From the IMG/VR virus record IMGVR_UViG_3300032323_000670, positions 51,977 to 115,976 of that record: a stretch of 64,000 bases of DNA; one strand, written 5' to 3'. Below are positions 50,231-59,972 of the stretch, piece by piece. This DNA comes from a virus. The notes under the pieces were generated by a model. The model saw only the letters and a list, made by a program, of their open reading frames with translations, searched no databases and had not been told where the DNA came from. Numbering within the stretch: the stretch's first letter is position 1; each line of letters starts with the position of its first letter. A program made the translations under genes and the position numbers.

Positions 50231-51132
50231 TATACAGCGTTATTAATAGTAAAGTTAGTTGGTTGGAAATAAGACTTGAACATATCATAGTACTTAGAGT
50301 ACATTGCTTTACGGTTCATAGCCCATACTTTCTGCATCTCAGAGAAGTTAGGAGTATTAACAATTGACAGTGCATAGTTTCTAGCAGTTCTATATTCACC
50401 CATAACCAGTTGTAACTGAGCTGATACATTAGAACCATCCATTACTAAATTCTCAAGTATACGTTTCTTTACAGCATACTCATAGTATTCATTAATCATT
50501 GGGTGATCTGGTACCATTAATTCTCCCTCATCATTTTCCATAGCTCCTTGATAGTTAATATACATCTTAGCATCTTGCATGTTAAGATATATCCAACCAT
50601 CTTTTATATAAGCTACATTCTTTCCTCTATACTGCAAGTTTGGACAATCGCAATCTACAAACTCTGAGTTCTTAAATACAACAGGTTCAAGATAATCATA
50701 TCTACGTTCTTCTGTCTTAATGACTTGGATAAGTGAATAGCTTTTACCACATTGGGTAAGGCAAACCTTTTCTCCTTCATTTGATTCATTAGTGCAAGGT
50801 AACTGATCAATCCAAGGTCTGTACTCAGGTACAACTTCTTGTACTTGTGTACCTTGAGGTACAATCACACTTCTGGTCTCGCTTCCGCATAGGAGAGCAA
50901 AGTTCATTACAAAAAAATCATCCGGGAGTCTAGTCCGTCCTTTTTCAACAGTGAGCAATACTTCTTTTGTCATAGCCACTCTAAGACCCAGATCATAGTT
51001 AACCCGCATAGCTACCTTAAATAGTTGTGCGGGATCAATAGAACCTTCTGTAGTAAGACTTTTAAGATCTATACGTACATCTTCTAATAAGGAAGTAAAT
51101 GTTCTGTATTTAAGTGTATAGTTGTAATTCAT
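50230..51132 (-). CDS. Tail ring/tubular protein
   Basis: 300 aa; DEGELMVPDHP...EYYEY motif; immediately upstream of the muzzle gene. Confidence 0.65.
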   Translation of the reverse strand: MNYNYTLKYRTFTSLLEDVRIDLKSLTTEGSIDPAQLFKVAMRVNYDLGLRVAMTKEVLLTVEKGRTRLPDDFFVMNFALLCGSETRSVIVPQGTQVQEVVPEYRPWIDQLPCTNESNEGEKVCLTQCGKSYSLIQVIKTEERRYDYLEPVVFKNSEFVDCDCPNLQYRGKNVAYIKDGWIYLNMQDAKMYINYQGAMENDEGELMVPDHPMINEYYEYAVKKRILENLVMDGSNVSAQLQLVMGEYRTARNYALSIVNTPNFSEMQKVWAMNRKAMYSKYYDMFKSYFQPTNFTINNAV

Positions 51133-51797
51133 TATGATCTAAGTTGAGATTGATTATCACCTTGTTGATTGTCAGGATTGATCTGAGACATTCTAAGGAA
51201 GTCATTTACCACTTGTTGCTCGACTTGAGCAAACAAATCAGATGGTATGTTTAAGTACTGATCTTGAACCGGTTTACATGGATCCTCACATGTAGGCATA
51301 AGTTTACTTTCAAATATACCTTCTATTGCAATAGAATCCCAATCAACGTTAGGTATATATAAGTAACCATTTAGGTACCAATAGTATTTTGTTTTATTAT
51401 ATCTAGCTCCTGATGTTTTTTGTTGAGCATTGTAAAACTGAGGTGTAGTTCTGAAGACTTCTTCTGAACCATCTACAGATGCAACTGTTCTCAACAGCAA
51501 TCCTCCATTACCTTCTAATATACCAGGTAACTTATCTTTAGTTCTTTTAATAAGAATTCCAGATTTAACATCGCAACATGCTTCTACTTTGTCTACTTCT
51601 ATAAGATCAACGCAAGGAAGTTTAACATACAAACTATTAAACCGGCTCTGTAAATTCTGAGCAGTTTGCTGTTTGATGTATAGCTTAGCATATTTAAGTA
51701 TGTTACTGTAAATTAATCGGTCTGTGATAAATGAATCAGTATCAACAGCCTTGATGTTGTTACGAACCCTTGATATAGCTTCTCCTATTGTGTTCAT
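51132..51797 (-). CDS. Tail ring protein
   Basis: TDRLIY, KRTKDKLP and YYWYLNGYLY motifs; synteny with the crAss tail block. Confidence 0.62.
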   Translation of the reverse strand: MNTIGEAISRVRNNIKAVDTDSFITDRLIYSNILKYAKLYIKQQTAQNLQSRFNSLYVKLPCVDLIEVDKVEACCDVKSGILIKRTKDKLPGILEGNGGLLLRTVASVDGSEEVFRTTPQFYNAQQKTSGARYNKTKYYWYLNGYLYIPNVDWDSIAIEGIFESKLMPTCEDPCKPVQDQYLNIPSDLFAQVEQQVVNDFLRMSQINPDNQQGDNQSQLRS

Positions 51798-51802
51798 GTT
51801 AC

Positions 51803-52390
51803 TTAATTAAAATCAAACTCATTATATGTTTTCATTGCATCTACTGCAAATTTTATTCTAGCATCTCTTGTTTTTACCATCTGTTGTATCAAAGCAGAAA
51901 CCTTTTCATTTCTATTAAGCTCCATATACATCTTCCAGTTTTCCACATAGTACTTAGAAACAGTTCTTTTAAACTTTCTAGCAGGTTTGAATCCCCACAT
52001 AGCACTATCCTTAAACTTATACTTGGAATTGTAGTTAGTATAAACTATTTTACCAAGAGCTCCATCTGTTTCCCAATTCTTATGAGAAACCTTAACACCG
52101 TATAATCTTGACTTATGATAATCTATATTATCCTTAGGTTTTGATTTACATGTTGCTACAAACATATATCCCAAGCTCTCGGGTAGTTCTACACCTTCCC
52201 TATTTTCCATAACATACTGAGCTATAAGTTCATTAAACTCTTTTATAATAGCTCTTGTTTCACTTATACCTAGTGCCGTTGCACCGGGTACCTTTTTGCA
52301 CAGGGCTTTGTAAAAACTAACACTGTCTGCTTGCTTTGCTTCAACTCTATATCTGGGTTGATTTAAGTCTGGTTTTCTAAAAGTTTCCAT
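51803..52390 (-). CDS. IHF/HU-like DNA-binding protein (crAss-type)
   Basis: Helix followed by GVELPESLGYMFV and WGFKPARKFKR; conserved position in the tail block. Confidence 0.6.
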   Translation of the reverse strand: METFRKPDLNQPRYRVEAKQADSVSFYKALCKKVPGATALGISETRAIIKEFNELIAQYVMENREGVELPESLGYMFVATCKSKPKDNIDYHKSRLYGVKVSHKNWETDGALGKIVYTNYNSKYKFKDSAMWGFKPARKFKRTVSKYYVENWKMYMELNRNEKVSALIQQMVKTRDARIKFAVDAMKTYNEFDFN

Positions 52391-52465
52391 AGCCCTTACT
52401 ATAATTTACAAAATTTGTTGGATGTTTAAAAGTAATACATTACTGAATACTAAACAAATATAGTA

Positions 52466-52493
52466 GAAAACCCCCGAGCCATTGCCCAGGGGT
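52466..52493 (-). terminator. Rho-independent terminator
   Basis: ACCCCUGGGC-AAUG-GCUCGGGGGU stem followed by UUUC; the G-U pairs form only on the - strand. Confidence 0.75.
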
Positions 52494-52532
52494 CCTCCTG
52501 TTTAGTCACGCTAAACCAACAAACGTGGACTA

Positions 52533-53078
52533 TTATGCTGTTAATGTCTTTATCATAATGAGTGCGCTAATAGCACTAGCTCCATCACAATCAGGTCTAA
52601 CTCTAAAATAATAGTTAGTATTAGGATTTAAAAGAGTAAGAGTAAAAGTAGGAGTTGTTAAAGTAGGTGAAGTTGTATAAACTCCTTCTACAGTTCCATA
52701 ATCTACAGTGTAACTATCAGCACCAGTATCTTCCCAGTTAAGTATAATAGCTGTTGTACCTACATAACTAGGATGAACATTAATTGGAGGAAGACAGTCA
52801 TCATCCCAGCTTTGCACAGACATAGCTTGGTAAGCATTTTCTAACGATGCTCCTGCTGGTAATGCTGGGTAAGAGTTACCACCTGCAAATAGTTCTCCAA
52901 AGTTAATGATGCTATAGTTACCATGTTTTACACAAGTATCTTGAATAGTCTCATAGCACGGAGTTGGATCCGGGCATTTGATATCAGGAGGACATGTATA
53001 TACAGGTGCAGTTGTAAGGGGGAGATCCTTACAACCACACGTTGTGTTATTTGTACAATTACAAGTTGAGCAAGCCAT
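52533..53078 (-). CDS. Cys-rich protein with C-terminal fibronectin type III domain
   Basis: CSTCNC N-terminus; ILNW...YTVDY...LNPNTNYYFRVRPDC FN3 signature. Confidence 0.7.
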   Translation of the reverse strand: MACSTCNCTNNTTCGCKDLPLTTAPVYTCPPDIKCPDPTPCYETIQDTCVKHGNYSIINFGELFAGGNSYPALPAGASLENAYQAMSVQSWDDDCLPPINVHPSYVGTTAIILNWEDTGADSYTVDYGTVEGVYTTSPTLTTPTFTLTLLNPNTNYYFRVRPDCDGASAISALIMIKTLTA

Positions 53079-53082
53079 TTAA

Positions 53083-54546
53083 TTAGGGTTTAGTAGTTAC
53101 TGAAGTATAAGGGCAATCTCTGATAGTTGAACCAATGATTGTTCTTAAACGTAATTGATATGTAGTTGCTGCTACAAGACCTGTTACAGTTCCTATTACA
53201 GCACCCGCTGCAGGATTAACCACAGTGCTTGATGAAACAATACTTGTAAGAGCATTATTCCAACACTCTACAATATATGTTACAGGACTTGACAAAGGAT
53301 TTGTAAAGCTGTAATCAATTGATGTATTCTCAGTAGCATAAAGCATAGAAGGACACAGTGCTGTATTCTCAACAGTTTGAATAAGACTATCGCTACACTT
53401 AAGATCTACTGCATCAGCACATATAGTTAACTGAACAGTATAATTAGTAAATAGACTTAATCCTGAAACTGACAAATCTACAGTTTGTGCAGCCCCGCCT
53501 AAGTTAGGAATCACTGATACTTGAGTTGTATAAGATACACCATACGCATCTGTAATAGTTACATACATACCTGCAGGATAGCAGTCTGAGAAACCAGGAG
53601 CAGATCCAGCAAAAGTTAAACTGATGTTTGGATTAGTGTAAGCTACAGTCATAGTAATATCTACATCTGCGCATGATACATTACAACAGTTGTTTATAAC
53701 ACTTTGTACAGCTGTTCTAATATCACAGATAGTGATCCACATATTGTTTACAGCATCCGCCATAGTACTATATGAACCAGCATTTATCCAACCAGGTAAT
53801 GATCCGTAGTTTACTCCAGCATTATTTAATGTAGGAGTAGTATCTAAATTAATACATTGCTGTGCAATACCAATTCCAATCTGAGTAGGATTTCCTGTAG
53901 CAGTCTGTAATGCACAGAATGCTGATTCTAGGTCTTCCACAAAAGTTTCAATTGGAATATTAGTAGCAGGTGATAGACAACTGGTAGGTATTTCAATTGG
54001 TGGAATAACAGGGTTACATGCATCACAATCTTCAAACACTTCAATTCTATCACTTAATGTAATAAGTGTAGCATTGATTGTTGTAATATCATCTACAATC
54101 TCACACACTTTAGTAGCAATAGCTGATGCATAATCCTGTAAGGACATTTGAGTAACTAAATCACCAAACGCATTAGTATATTGAAAACAAGGTGCAATTG
54201 AAATCTGACAGTTTAAAGCATCAGTACAATCAAAACCTGTGTTAGATTTAGCTGTACCTATCTCACCTTGTTGTGTGCAAAGCTGATCTAAGATAAACTG
54301 AATAAGATCATGAATGTTCTCAGGCTTAGGGCAAATAGGAGGAAAGCATGATACATCAAAGCCGGTAATATCTAACTGATCAACTAATGTACAAAGCTCT
54401 GTTGCTACCTTATAAGTAACATCAGAAATACTATCTCCTCTGCATAATGTAATGCATGGAATATCTGGTCCCTGCCAGATTACGCAGTTACTTGAAACAG
54501 GATTACATCCTGCTTGTGTATCTGATGGTTGAATTGGAAGTGCCAT
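53083..54546 (-). CDS. Cys-rich structural protein (tail/fibre-associated) with C-terminal FN3-like domains
   Basis: CNPVSSNCVIWQG domain, coiled coil, GLVAATTYQLRL. Confidence 0.65.
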   Translation of the reverse strand: MALPIQPSDTQAGCNPVSSNCVIWQGPDIPCITLCRGDSISDVTYKVATELCTLVDQLDITGFDVSCFPPICPKPENIHDLIQFILDQLCTQQGEIGTAKSNTGFDCTDALNCQISIAPCFQYTNAFGDLVTQMSLQDYASAIATKVCEIVDDITTINATLITLSDRIEVFEDCDACNPVIPPIEIPTSCLSPATNIPIETFVEDLESAFCALQTATGNPTQIGIGIAQQCINLDTTPTLNNAGVNYGSLPGWINAGSYSTMADAVNNMWITICDIRTAVQSVINNCCNVSCADVDITMTVAYTNPNISLTFAGSAPGFSDCYPAGMYVTITDAYGVSYTTQVSVIPNLGGAAQTVDLSVSGLSLFTNYTVQLTICADAVDLKCSDSLIQTVENTALCPSMLYATENTSIDYSFTNPLSSPVTYIVECWNNALTSIVSSSTVVNPAAGAVIGTVTGLVAATTYQLRLRTIIGSTIRDCPYTSVTTKP

Positions 54547-54583
54547 ATATATAATTTACTGTTTTTTTATCTATTATCAAAAT

Positions 54584-55708
54584 TTATGATGGACAATACT
54601 GACAAGGATCTGGATCATAGTTACTGTCTATAATATTAGAAGACTGTAATGCGTAGGTATAGGTGTATGATGGATCTATACCTGCCGCAATCCAAGCACC
54701 ACTTACCAAAACACATCCACCATTATAAGTAAATACATAAGTTTGTTGAAAATCAATCATTGGTAAGATATCGTAATCTAATGTAAAATTGAAAGCAGGA
54801 CAGGCTTGTTGAATAGGCACAGAACTACCATCTAAACAGTTGCCTCCACAACTAAAGTTTGTTCCCGCACCACCATCATTAACATGAAATGAATATGTTA
54901 TAGGCGGAGCCGGAGGTATAAAAGGATTACCTGAAGGTTCTGGACAAATAACTGGTGTAACCGGTGTAGTTATAATACAAGCTGTAGGATCATTGATCAT
55001 AGCTAAGTCAGATAGATTCTTTCTTATCCACAGTCTCTCTAAGTTAACACCATCACATTGATTACTTATACCATACTTTAACTGTTTAAAAAGTCTATAG
55101 TAACCATCTGCAAATCTTATGTTAGCAGTTATATCACACTGGCTTTGTTGAATCTGATAAAACTTTCTATCAGGCTTAGGTATAACTCTAGTATACTTGA
55201 TAGGAGCAGGTTCAGGAGCGGGTAAGCAACATTCACAGTCATCAAATATCTGAGGTACATCAGCTTCATTAGTAGCTATTGTAACATCAGTAATGGTTTG
55301 CTCATTGAATACTACTGTTGATACACCCCAGCAAACATCCGATCCTTCAAGTTTTACAACTTGCTCTACAGCATCTGCTAGTTCAGAAGTAAAAGAATAG
55401 ATAGGATCTTCAACCTCTAAACAATCTGTTAGGATATACACATTAACTACAGGAGGTTCGGGTATGGCTTCTATACAAGTAACACATTCTGGAAATGTAT
55501 TTAATACATTATAAGGTAATATAGCAGCGGGCCCGCCTGATTTTGAAACTCTCCAGCAAGTCTCAGGGTACTCAGCAAGATAAACAATAAATGGAACAAC
55601 ATCAGGATTGCTAGGAAAAGTTGATAAGGCAGGAGTTGCTCCTACGCTTGTACGCAAGTCAGGCAATGCCTCATTACAATCTATAAAAAAACAACCTGAT
55701 AGTGCCAT
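54584..55708 (-). CDS. Cys/Pro-rich structural protein with internal repeats
   Basis: Repeated CW.VS...F..C..C units. Confidence 0.62.
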   Translation of the reverse strand: MALSGCFFIDCNEALPDLRTSVGATPALSTFPSNPDVVPFIVYLAEYPETCWRVSKSGGPAAILPYNVLNTFPECVTCIEAIPEPPVVNVYILTDCLEVEDPIYSFTSELADAVEQVVKLEGSDVCWGVSTVVFNEQTITDVTIATNEADVPQIFDDCECCLPAPEPAPIKYTRVIPKPDRKFYQIQQSQCDITANIRFADGYYRLFKQLKYGISNQCDGVNLERLWIRKNLSDLAMINDPTACIITTPVTPVICPEPSGNPFIPPAPPITYSFHVNDGGAGTNFSCGGNCLDGSSVPIQQACPAFNFTLDYDILPMIDFQQTYVFTYNGGCVLVSGAWIAAGIDPSYTYTYALQSSNIIDSNYDPDPCQYCPS

Positions 55709-55720
55709 ATTTACTTTTAT

Positions 55721-55849
55721 TTAATTTTTGTTTTGAGCCTTCTTGGCTTCATAAGTATGTATACATTTTGTACATACTTGTTTACCATCTTTGCTTGTTC
55801 TCTTTTGGCAACCACAGCTTAGGTTTGCTCCACAATTTGCACATTTCAT
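55721..55849 (-). CDS. 42-aa six-Cys microprotein (MKCANCGANLSCGCQKRTSKDGKQVCTKCIHTYEAKKAQNKN)
   Basis: Manually translated; fills the gap between genes; A-rich leader; CxxC-CxC-CxxC. Confidence 0.7.
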   Translation of the reverse strand: MKCANCGANLSCGCQKRTSKDGKQVCTKCIHTYEAKKAQNKN

Positions 55850-55870
55850 AATATGTTGGTTTTTAAATTA

Positions 55871-56425
55871 TTAACATGATCCACAACCACATCCGCAAGC
55901 TAACTTTCTAAGTTTACCTACAACATATGTATACATAGCCATACCCTCTGAAGGATTATGACAATACTCTACACGTGCTTTAGCAGCTTGTAGCATAGTC
56001 CAGAGAAGTTGTACTTCTTGTAATTTCTTTCTGAGTGGTCCTTGAGGCTCACAATCAGAAACATCAAGACAACAAAGCAATTCATTTATTTGATTTAATG
56101 CTTGAGTAATACGTAAGTGGTTATACTCTACATATACTGTATCATTAGGAGCCACGCTGTATCTAACAACATATACGCCATCAGGGATAGCATTACGTGT
56201 AGTTGCGCAGTTGGTTAGCTGTAAACCTAATTCACAGGCATTATAGTTAACTGAGAAATCTGTACCAGGTTGCAACTCAATTGCAGTAGTAAATCCCGGT
56301 GCTGTTATCTGAAGCTTTGGACAATCCAAAGGTACGTTCTCATTGTATGTACTTGTATCAATAACTCTAAAGATACATGTAGTAAGAACATCAGGAATTT
56401 CTATTGATAGTGCGTGTTGTGCCAT
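55871..56425 (-). CDS. Structural protein (tail hub-like)
   Basis: DTSTY and IPDGVYVVRYSVAP motifs; syntenic after the auxiliary capsid gene. Confidence 0.6.
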   Translation of the reverse strand: MAQHALSIEIPDVLTTCIFRVIDTSTYNENVPLDCPKLQITAPGFTTAIELQPGTDFSVNYNACELGLQLTNCATTRNAIPDGVYVVRYSVAPNDTVYVEYNHLRITQALNQINELLCCLDVSDCEPQGPLRKKLQEVQLLWTMLQAAKARVEYCHNPSEGMAMYTYVVGKLRKLACGCGCGSC

Positions 56426-56457
56426 AGTACTAAGTTACAAAGATATAGTGTAAAAAT

Positions 56458-56496
56458 AAAAAAGAGGAGGGGATTTTTTATCCCACCCCTCTTTTT
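56458..56496 (-). terminator. Rho-independent terminator (possibly bidirectional)
   Basis: AAAAAGAGGGGUGGGAU...AUCCCCUCCUCUUUUUU hairpin flanked by A/T tracts. Confidence 0.8.
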
Positions 56497-56513
56497 ATAA
56501 GTTTTAATTAAGA

Positions 56514-57791
56514 TTAGTCGTTAGTAGGTTCTACTGGAGTACATGGTGTTGGGCAAGTGTATGGTACTAAACCTACACAGTCAGAACCAGCGTTAGTCAA
56601 CCATGCTGCAACAAATGCTTCAAAAGCTAAATCTACACCATCAGTAACAATCTCTAACAAGTACTGATCATTGTCAAATGTTCCAGTTGGGTTGTTAAAG
56701 CGTGGTACACTGTGTTGTAAGTAGTAACGAGTGTAGCTAGAGAAACGATCAATTGCATTGTACACATCTGTACCGTTAGTGATCTCACGGATACGCAAGT
56801 CAGTTCCAGTATAGAAAGGTTGTTGCATGTAACCTTCAGTTAAGATAAGATCACGGATGATGTTTTCACCAGTTCCTTTTAATTGATTAGGTTCGCAAGT
56901 GTTATTTACACAGATTCCGCTAAATGCACATGGATCACCATTAAGATCTACTTCAGAAGCATAGATTTTAACTGGCTCTAAGAATGCAATGATAGAATCA
57001 TTTGGGTAGAAAGTACAGTTATCAAAACGTGTATCTACATAAGCTCCATTGATGATGATACCAGCTAAGGTATTCTCATCTCCAGGAAGTGATGCTGGAT
57101 CTTGGATGTATCCTAACAACAAATCTAAGTTTGTTTGTGAAGAAGTACCATCTCCCAACTCTAACCAAAGAATACCGTCACCAAGAGTATTATAAGTAAT
57201 CTCAACTTGAATGAATGGGTTGATCAAAGGTGAGTTCAACAATTGGTAAGCCCATTGTACATATACAATTAATGGATTAACTGGTATTGGAGCAATTGAA
57301 TCATCTGGGCAACATCCTGTGTAAGCAGCTGCGGTATAGTAAGTGTTACGAGTTAACGTACGCAATACTGGAGAACCTTTGATGTCTACACGTAAGTTGT
57401 AAGTTTCACCACACAAGAAATCTTTAGTGCAAGAAGCAGTCTCAAAGTTATCTTGGTTAGCACCTACAGTAAGCTGTGCTTGTTGAGCAGGGCAGTCATC
57501 TACACGATAGAAAGCTGATACATACTTTGGATTGATAGTCTTAGACTTTACAGTCTCAGCATATCCACCGTGGTAAGGACCAATTTTGTCGTTAGGGTGA
57601 ATAGAACCTGATACAAGTACCAATGGGCACTTAACAGTTGTAGCAGGGATTAAATCTGGTGTTGTCCAAGTTTTAGGATCCACAAATGTGAACTCTCCTA
57701 AACTAAGACTAGTCGTAGACGCTCCAGGAGCTGTTTGGAAACCATCGGTTCCAACAAACATCTTTTGAAAGGCATGATTAAAATAAGCCAT
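56514..57791 (-). CDS. Putative auxiliary capsid protein
   Basis: 425 aa with codon usage resembling the MCP, its own terminator, and crAss-like synteny. Confidence 0.6.
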   Translation of the reverse strand: MAYFNHAFQKMFVGTDGFQTAPGASTTSLSLGEFTFVDPKTWTTPDLIPATTVKCPLVLVSGSIHPNDKIGPYHGGYAETVKSKTINPKYVSAFYRVDDCPAQQAQLTVGANQDNFETASCTKDFLCGETYNLRVDIKGSPVLRTLTRNTYYTAAAYTGCCPDDSIAPIPVNPLIVYVQWAYQLLNSPLINPFIQVEITYNTLGDGILWLELGDGTSSQTNLDLLLGYIQDPASLPGDENTLAGIIINGAYVDTRFDNCTFYPNDSIIAFLEPVKIYASEVDLNGDPCAFSGICVNNTCEPNQLKGTGENIIRDLILTEGYMQQPFYTGTDLRIREITNGTDVYNAIDRFSSYTRYYLQHSVPRFNNPTGTFDNDQYLLEIVTDGVDLAFEAFVAAWLTNAGSDCVGLVPYTCPTPCTPVEPTND

Positions 57792-57855
57792 GTTTTTTGT
57801 TTTTAAGGGTTATAAATATATAGTTAATATAAGAAGAACTTTTAGATTCTCCAAA

Positions 57856-58359
57856 TTATTTCAAAAAAAGTAGTTTGTACTTAGCGGAGTTTATAGCATC
57901 TTTCACGAGATCAAGGTTGTTGACTATCTCTGAGTAAGGCATCATACCCTGAAGTTTATTGATAGAGTTATACATGTCTCTAAGATATGCTACAGCATCT
58001 GATGTATCATCTAATGTACGTATTGACATGTCCTTGTAAGCTAAAAGCTTTTCAGTTGCTCCTTGATAACCTTCTATAAGAGTATCTGCAAAATCATGCA
58101 GACCATCATAAAAATCACCCAAAGCTTTGTGAGCAGCATAAGAACCGTCTCCTTTTATCTTTAGGTGTAATCTATGAAAACTTATAGCAGCATTCATCAT
58201 CTCTGTTGCGCATGCTGCTGTCATGTTATCTAATGAGCTACCACCAACACCTTTATCTTGAGCAGGTTCTGCTTTTGGAGATTCAGTTTTAGTTTCACTT
58301 ACCGCAGCCTCTTTTTTAATAGTTGCTGCCGGACGTCTTAAAGTTCTAGTTTCTACCAT
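57856..58359 (-). CDS. Ferritin/Dps-like protein (DUF5856-like)
   Basis: FHRLHL...SYAAHKALGDFYD...D.LIEGYQG...KYKLLFL. Confidence 0.7.
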   Translation of the reverse strand: MVETRTLRRPAATIKKEAAVSETKTESPKAEPAQDKGVGGSSLDNMTAACATEMMNAAISFHRLHLKIKGDGSYAAHKALGDFYDGLHDFADTLIEGYQGATEKLLAYKDMSIRTLDDTSDAVAYLRDMYNSINKLQGMMPYSEIVNNLDLVKDAINSAKYKLLFLK

Positions 58360-58364
58360 GAGTA

Positions 58365-59072
58365 TTAAGTATTAGTTTGAGAACTGCTTTGTGCAATCTG
58401 ATATTGAGTAATAGACTCTATATCACCTGCAAGTATTTGAACAGCCTCATCAATTAGTATTTCTGCTATATCATCTTTAAACTCACACTCTACATCTGCA
58501 GCAGACGTTTGCAAGGTGTAAGGATCCACACATCCTGCAAGTTGAATCTTTACAGGAAATCTATAGTACATTAAAATAGAGTTTGCTACATCAAAGTCAT
58601 TTCCGGTATACACTCTAAGTCTATTTCCAACAAATGTACAGAATGTTTCTCCCCACTCAAAGCTCGGTTGTTTAAGAGCGTCACCTAGTAAAAGAGCAAT
58701 GTTTTCTTCCTCAGCTAAGTAAGTAACTGTCATATCATTCTTTGTATCACAGCAATCTTTGTGAGCATGTATGTTAACTCTTTTAAAATACATGAAGTCA
58801 GAAGGTATGATCTCAGATTGTGCATAGGTATCCATTGAAGTCATAGGAAGCAATTCAGTCTTTAATAAGATCTGTAGATCACTTATACGCATGCGGGTCT
58901 GCTCATCTCCAGTTTTGGTAATGTTTGTACCTTGGATCTGACGTCTCACCCACTCAACCTGACCTTTATTAAAAGCCTCAACTATCTGCCAACATTCAAA
59001 GTTGTCATAGTCTTGGCTATCAAGCTTGTTTAACCGTTGCTTAATCTTAAGCTGTAGGGTTGTATTGTTCAT
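58365..59072 (-). CDS. Head-tail ring/adaptor protein
   Basis: LNKLDSQDY...IVEAFNKGQ, PSFEWGET and C.F...I.E.LID.AV motifs. Confidence 0.65.
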   Translation of the reverse strand: MNNTTLQLKIKQRLNKLDSQDYDNFECWQIVEAFNKGQVEWVRRQIQGTNITKTGDEQTRMRISDLQILLKTELLPMTSMDTYAQSEIIPSDFMYFKRVNIHAHKDCCDTKNDMTVTYLAEEENIALLLGDALKQPSFEWGETFCTFVGNRLRVYTGNDFDVANSILMYYRFPVKIQLAGCVDPYTLQTSAADVECEFKDDIAEILIDEAVQILAGDIESITQYQIAQSSSQTNT

Positions 59073-59677
59073 TATCCTTTAACTCTCTTAAGTCTTGGGT
59101 TAGCAGCTTTAGCTTTAGCAGATGCCTTACGTGCACCAGCAGCTAAGATGGCACCAGCAGCTTTTTTAGATACTCCTTGTTTAGCAGCAATCTTAGATTG
59201 AACAGCTTTAAATCCAGGATGAGCAGCTCCGCCTTTCTTTTTAATAACACCACGCCCCTTAAGAATATCTTTCTTAGTTACTTTTCCATCTCCTGTAAGA
59301 TCTGGAAACTTCTGCCCACCTTTAGCCATGTTAGAACCAGCAGCACCACGTCTCCCCATAGTTCCTTGTATAGGAGCAGTTGCAATAGGTTTTGCTGGAA
59401 TCATACCACCCATTTGTTTTTTGGGCGTATTAAATGTTGTACTTTTCTTTTTGTTCTGAGGAGCCATCTCCATGAACTTATCCATAGCTTTTTTCTTTTC
59501 AGCAGGTGTCATTGGTTTAGTAGTACCCACTTGAATCTTAGAAGGATTCATTCTCATCTTAGGGTCTTTAATAGCACCTTTTTTAAAAGCATCCATAACA
59601 GCTTTAGAATCTACTTTGGATCCACCAGCTTGGTACTTCTTCTTAATAGCGCCACCCATCTTAGTTGAATTTCTCAT
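59072..59677 (-). CDS. Highly basic modular protein (201 aa)
   Basis: K/A/M-rich; five xxxGG motifs; FPDLTGDGKVTKKDIL and HPGFKAVQSKIA modules. Confidence 0.7.
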   Translation of the reverse strand: MRNSTKMGGAIKKKYQAGGSKVDSKAVMDAFKKGAIKDPKMRMNPSKIQVGTTKPMTPAEKKKAMDKFMEMAPQNKKKSTTFNTPKKQMGGMIPAKPIATAPIQGTMGRRGAAGSNMAKGGQKFPDLTGDGKVTKKDILKGRGVIKKKGGAAHPGFKAVQSKIAAKQGVSKKAAGAILAAGARKASAKAKAANPRLKRVKG

Positions 59678-59698
59678 GATATATATAAGTTTTAATAA

Positions 59699-59971
59699 TT
59701 AGCAATTCCATTTTCTAAGTGATAAGGCTTTTCTTGTAGGTTTGCCTTTCTCATCTTTCATAGGTCCGGGCATACCAGACATTCTAGCACAAAAGCTCTT
59801 TCTTCTGTTAGCATCTTTGCTACCAGGTTTTAACTTAGATGGTTTAGTAGTTACAGCTGTCTGTAACTTAGAACCAGGGTTAGCTGCTCTGTAAGATGCA
59901 ACTCCTTTTTTGTTAAGTCCGCCTTTAGGATCTTTACCTTCTTTGCGGGTCCATGCTGGTGTCTTTGCCAT
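59699..59971 (-). CDS. Basic protein, DUF6321-like
   Basis: MAKTPAWTRKEGKDPKGGLN...RRKSFCARM...LRKWNC; start re-assigned to ATG 59971. Confidence 0.72.
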   Translation of the reverse strand: MAKTPAWTRKEGKDPKGGLNKKGVASYRAANPGSKLQTAVTTKPSKLKPGSKDANRRKSFCARMSGMPGPMKDEKGKPTRKALSLRKWNC

Positions 59972-59972
59972 G

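Noticed and set aside
15410-59668. Numerous 60-163 aa + strand ORFs opposite the large - strand genes (and - strand ORFs within 385-7214)
   Set aside because: They are antisense shadows of long genes with F/L/S/I-biased composition, no motifs and mostly non-ATG starts.
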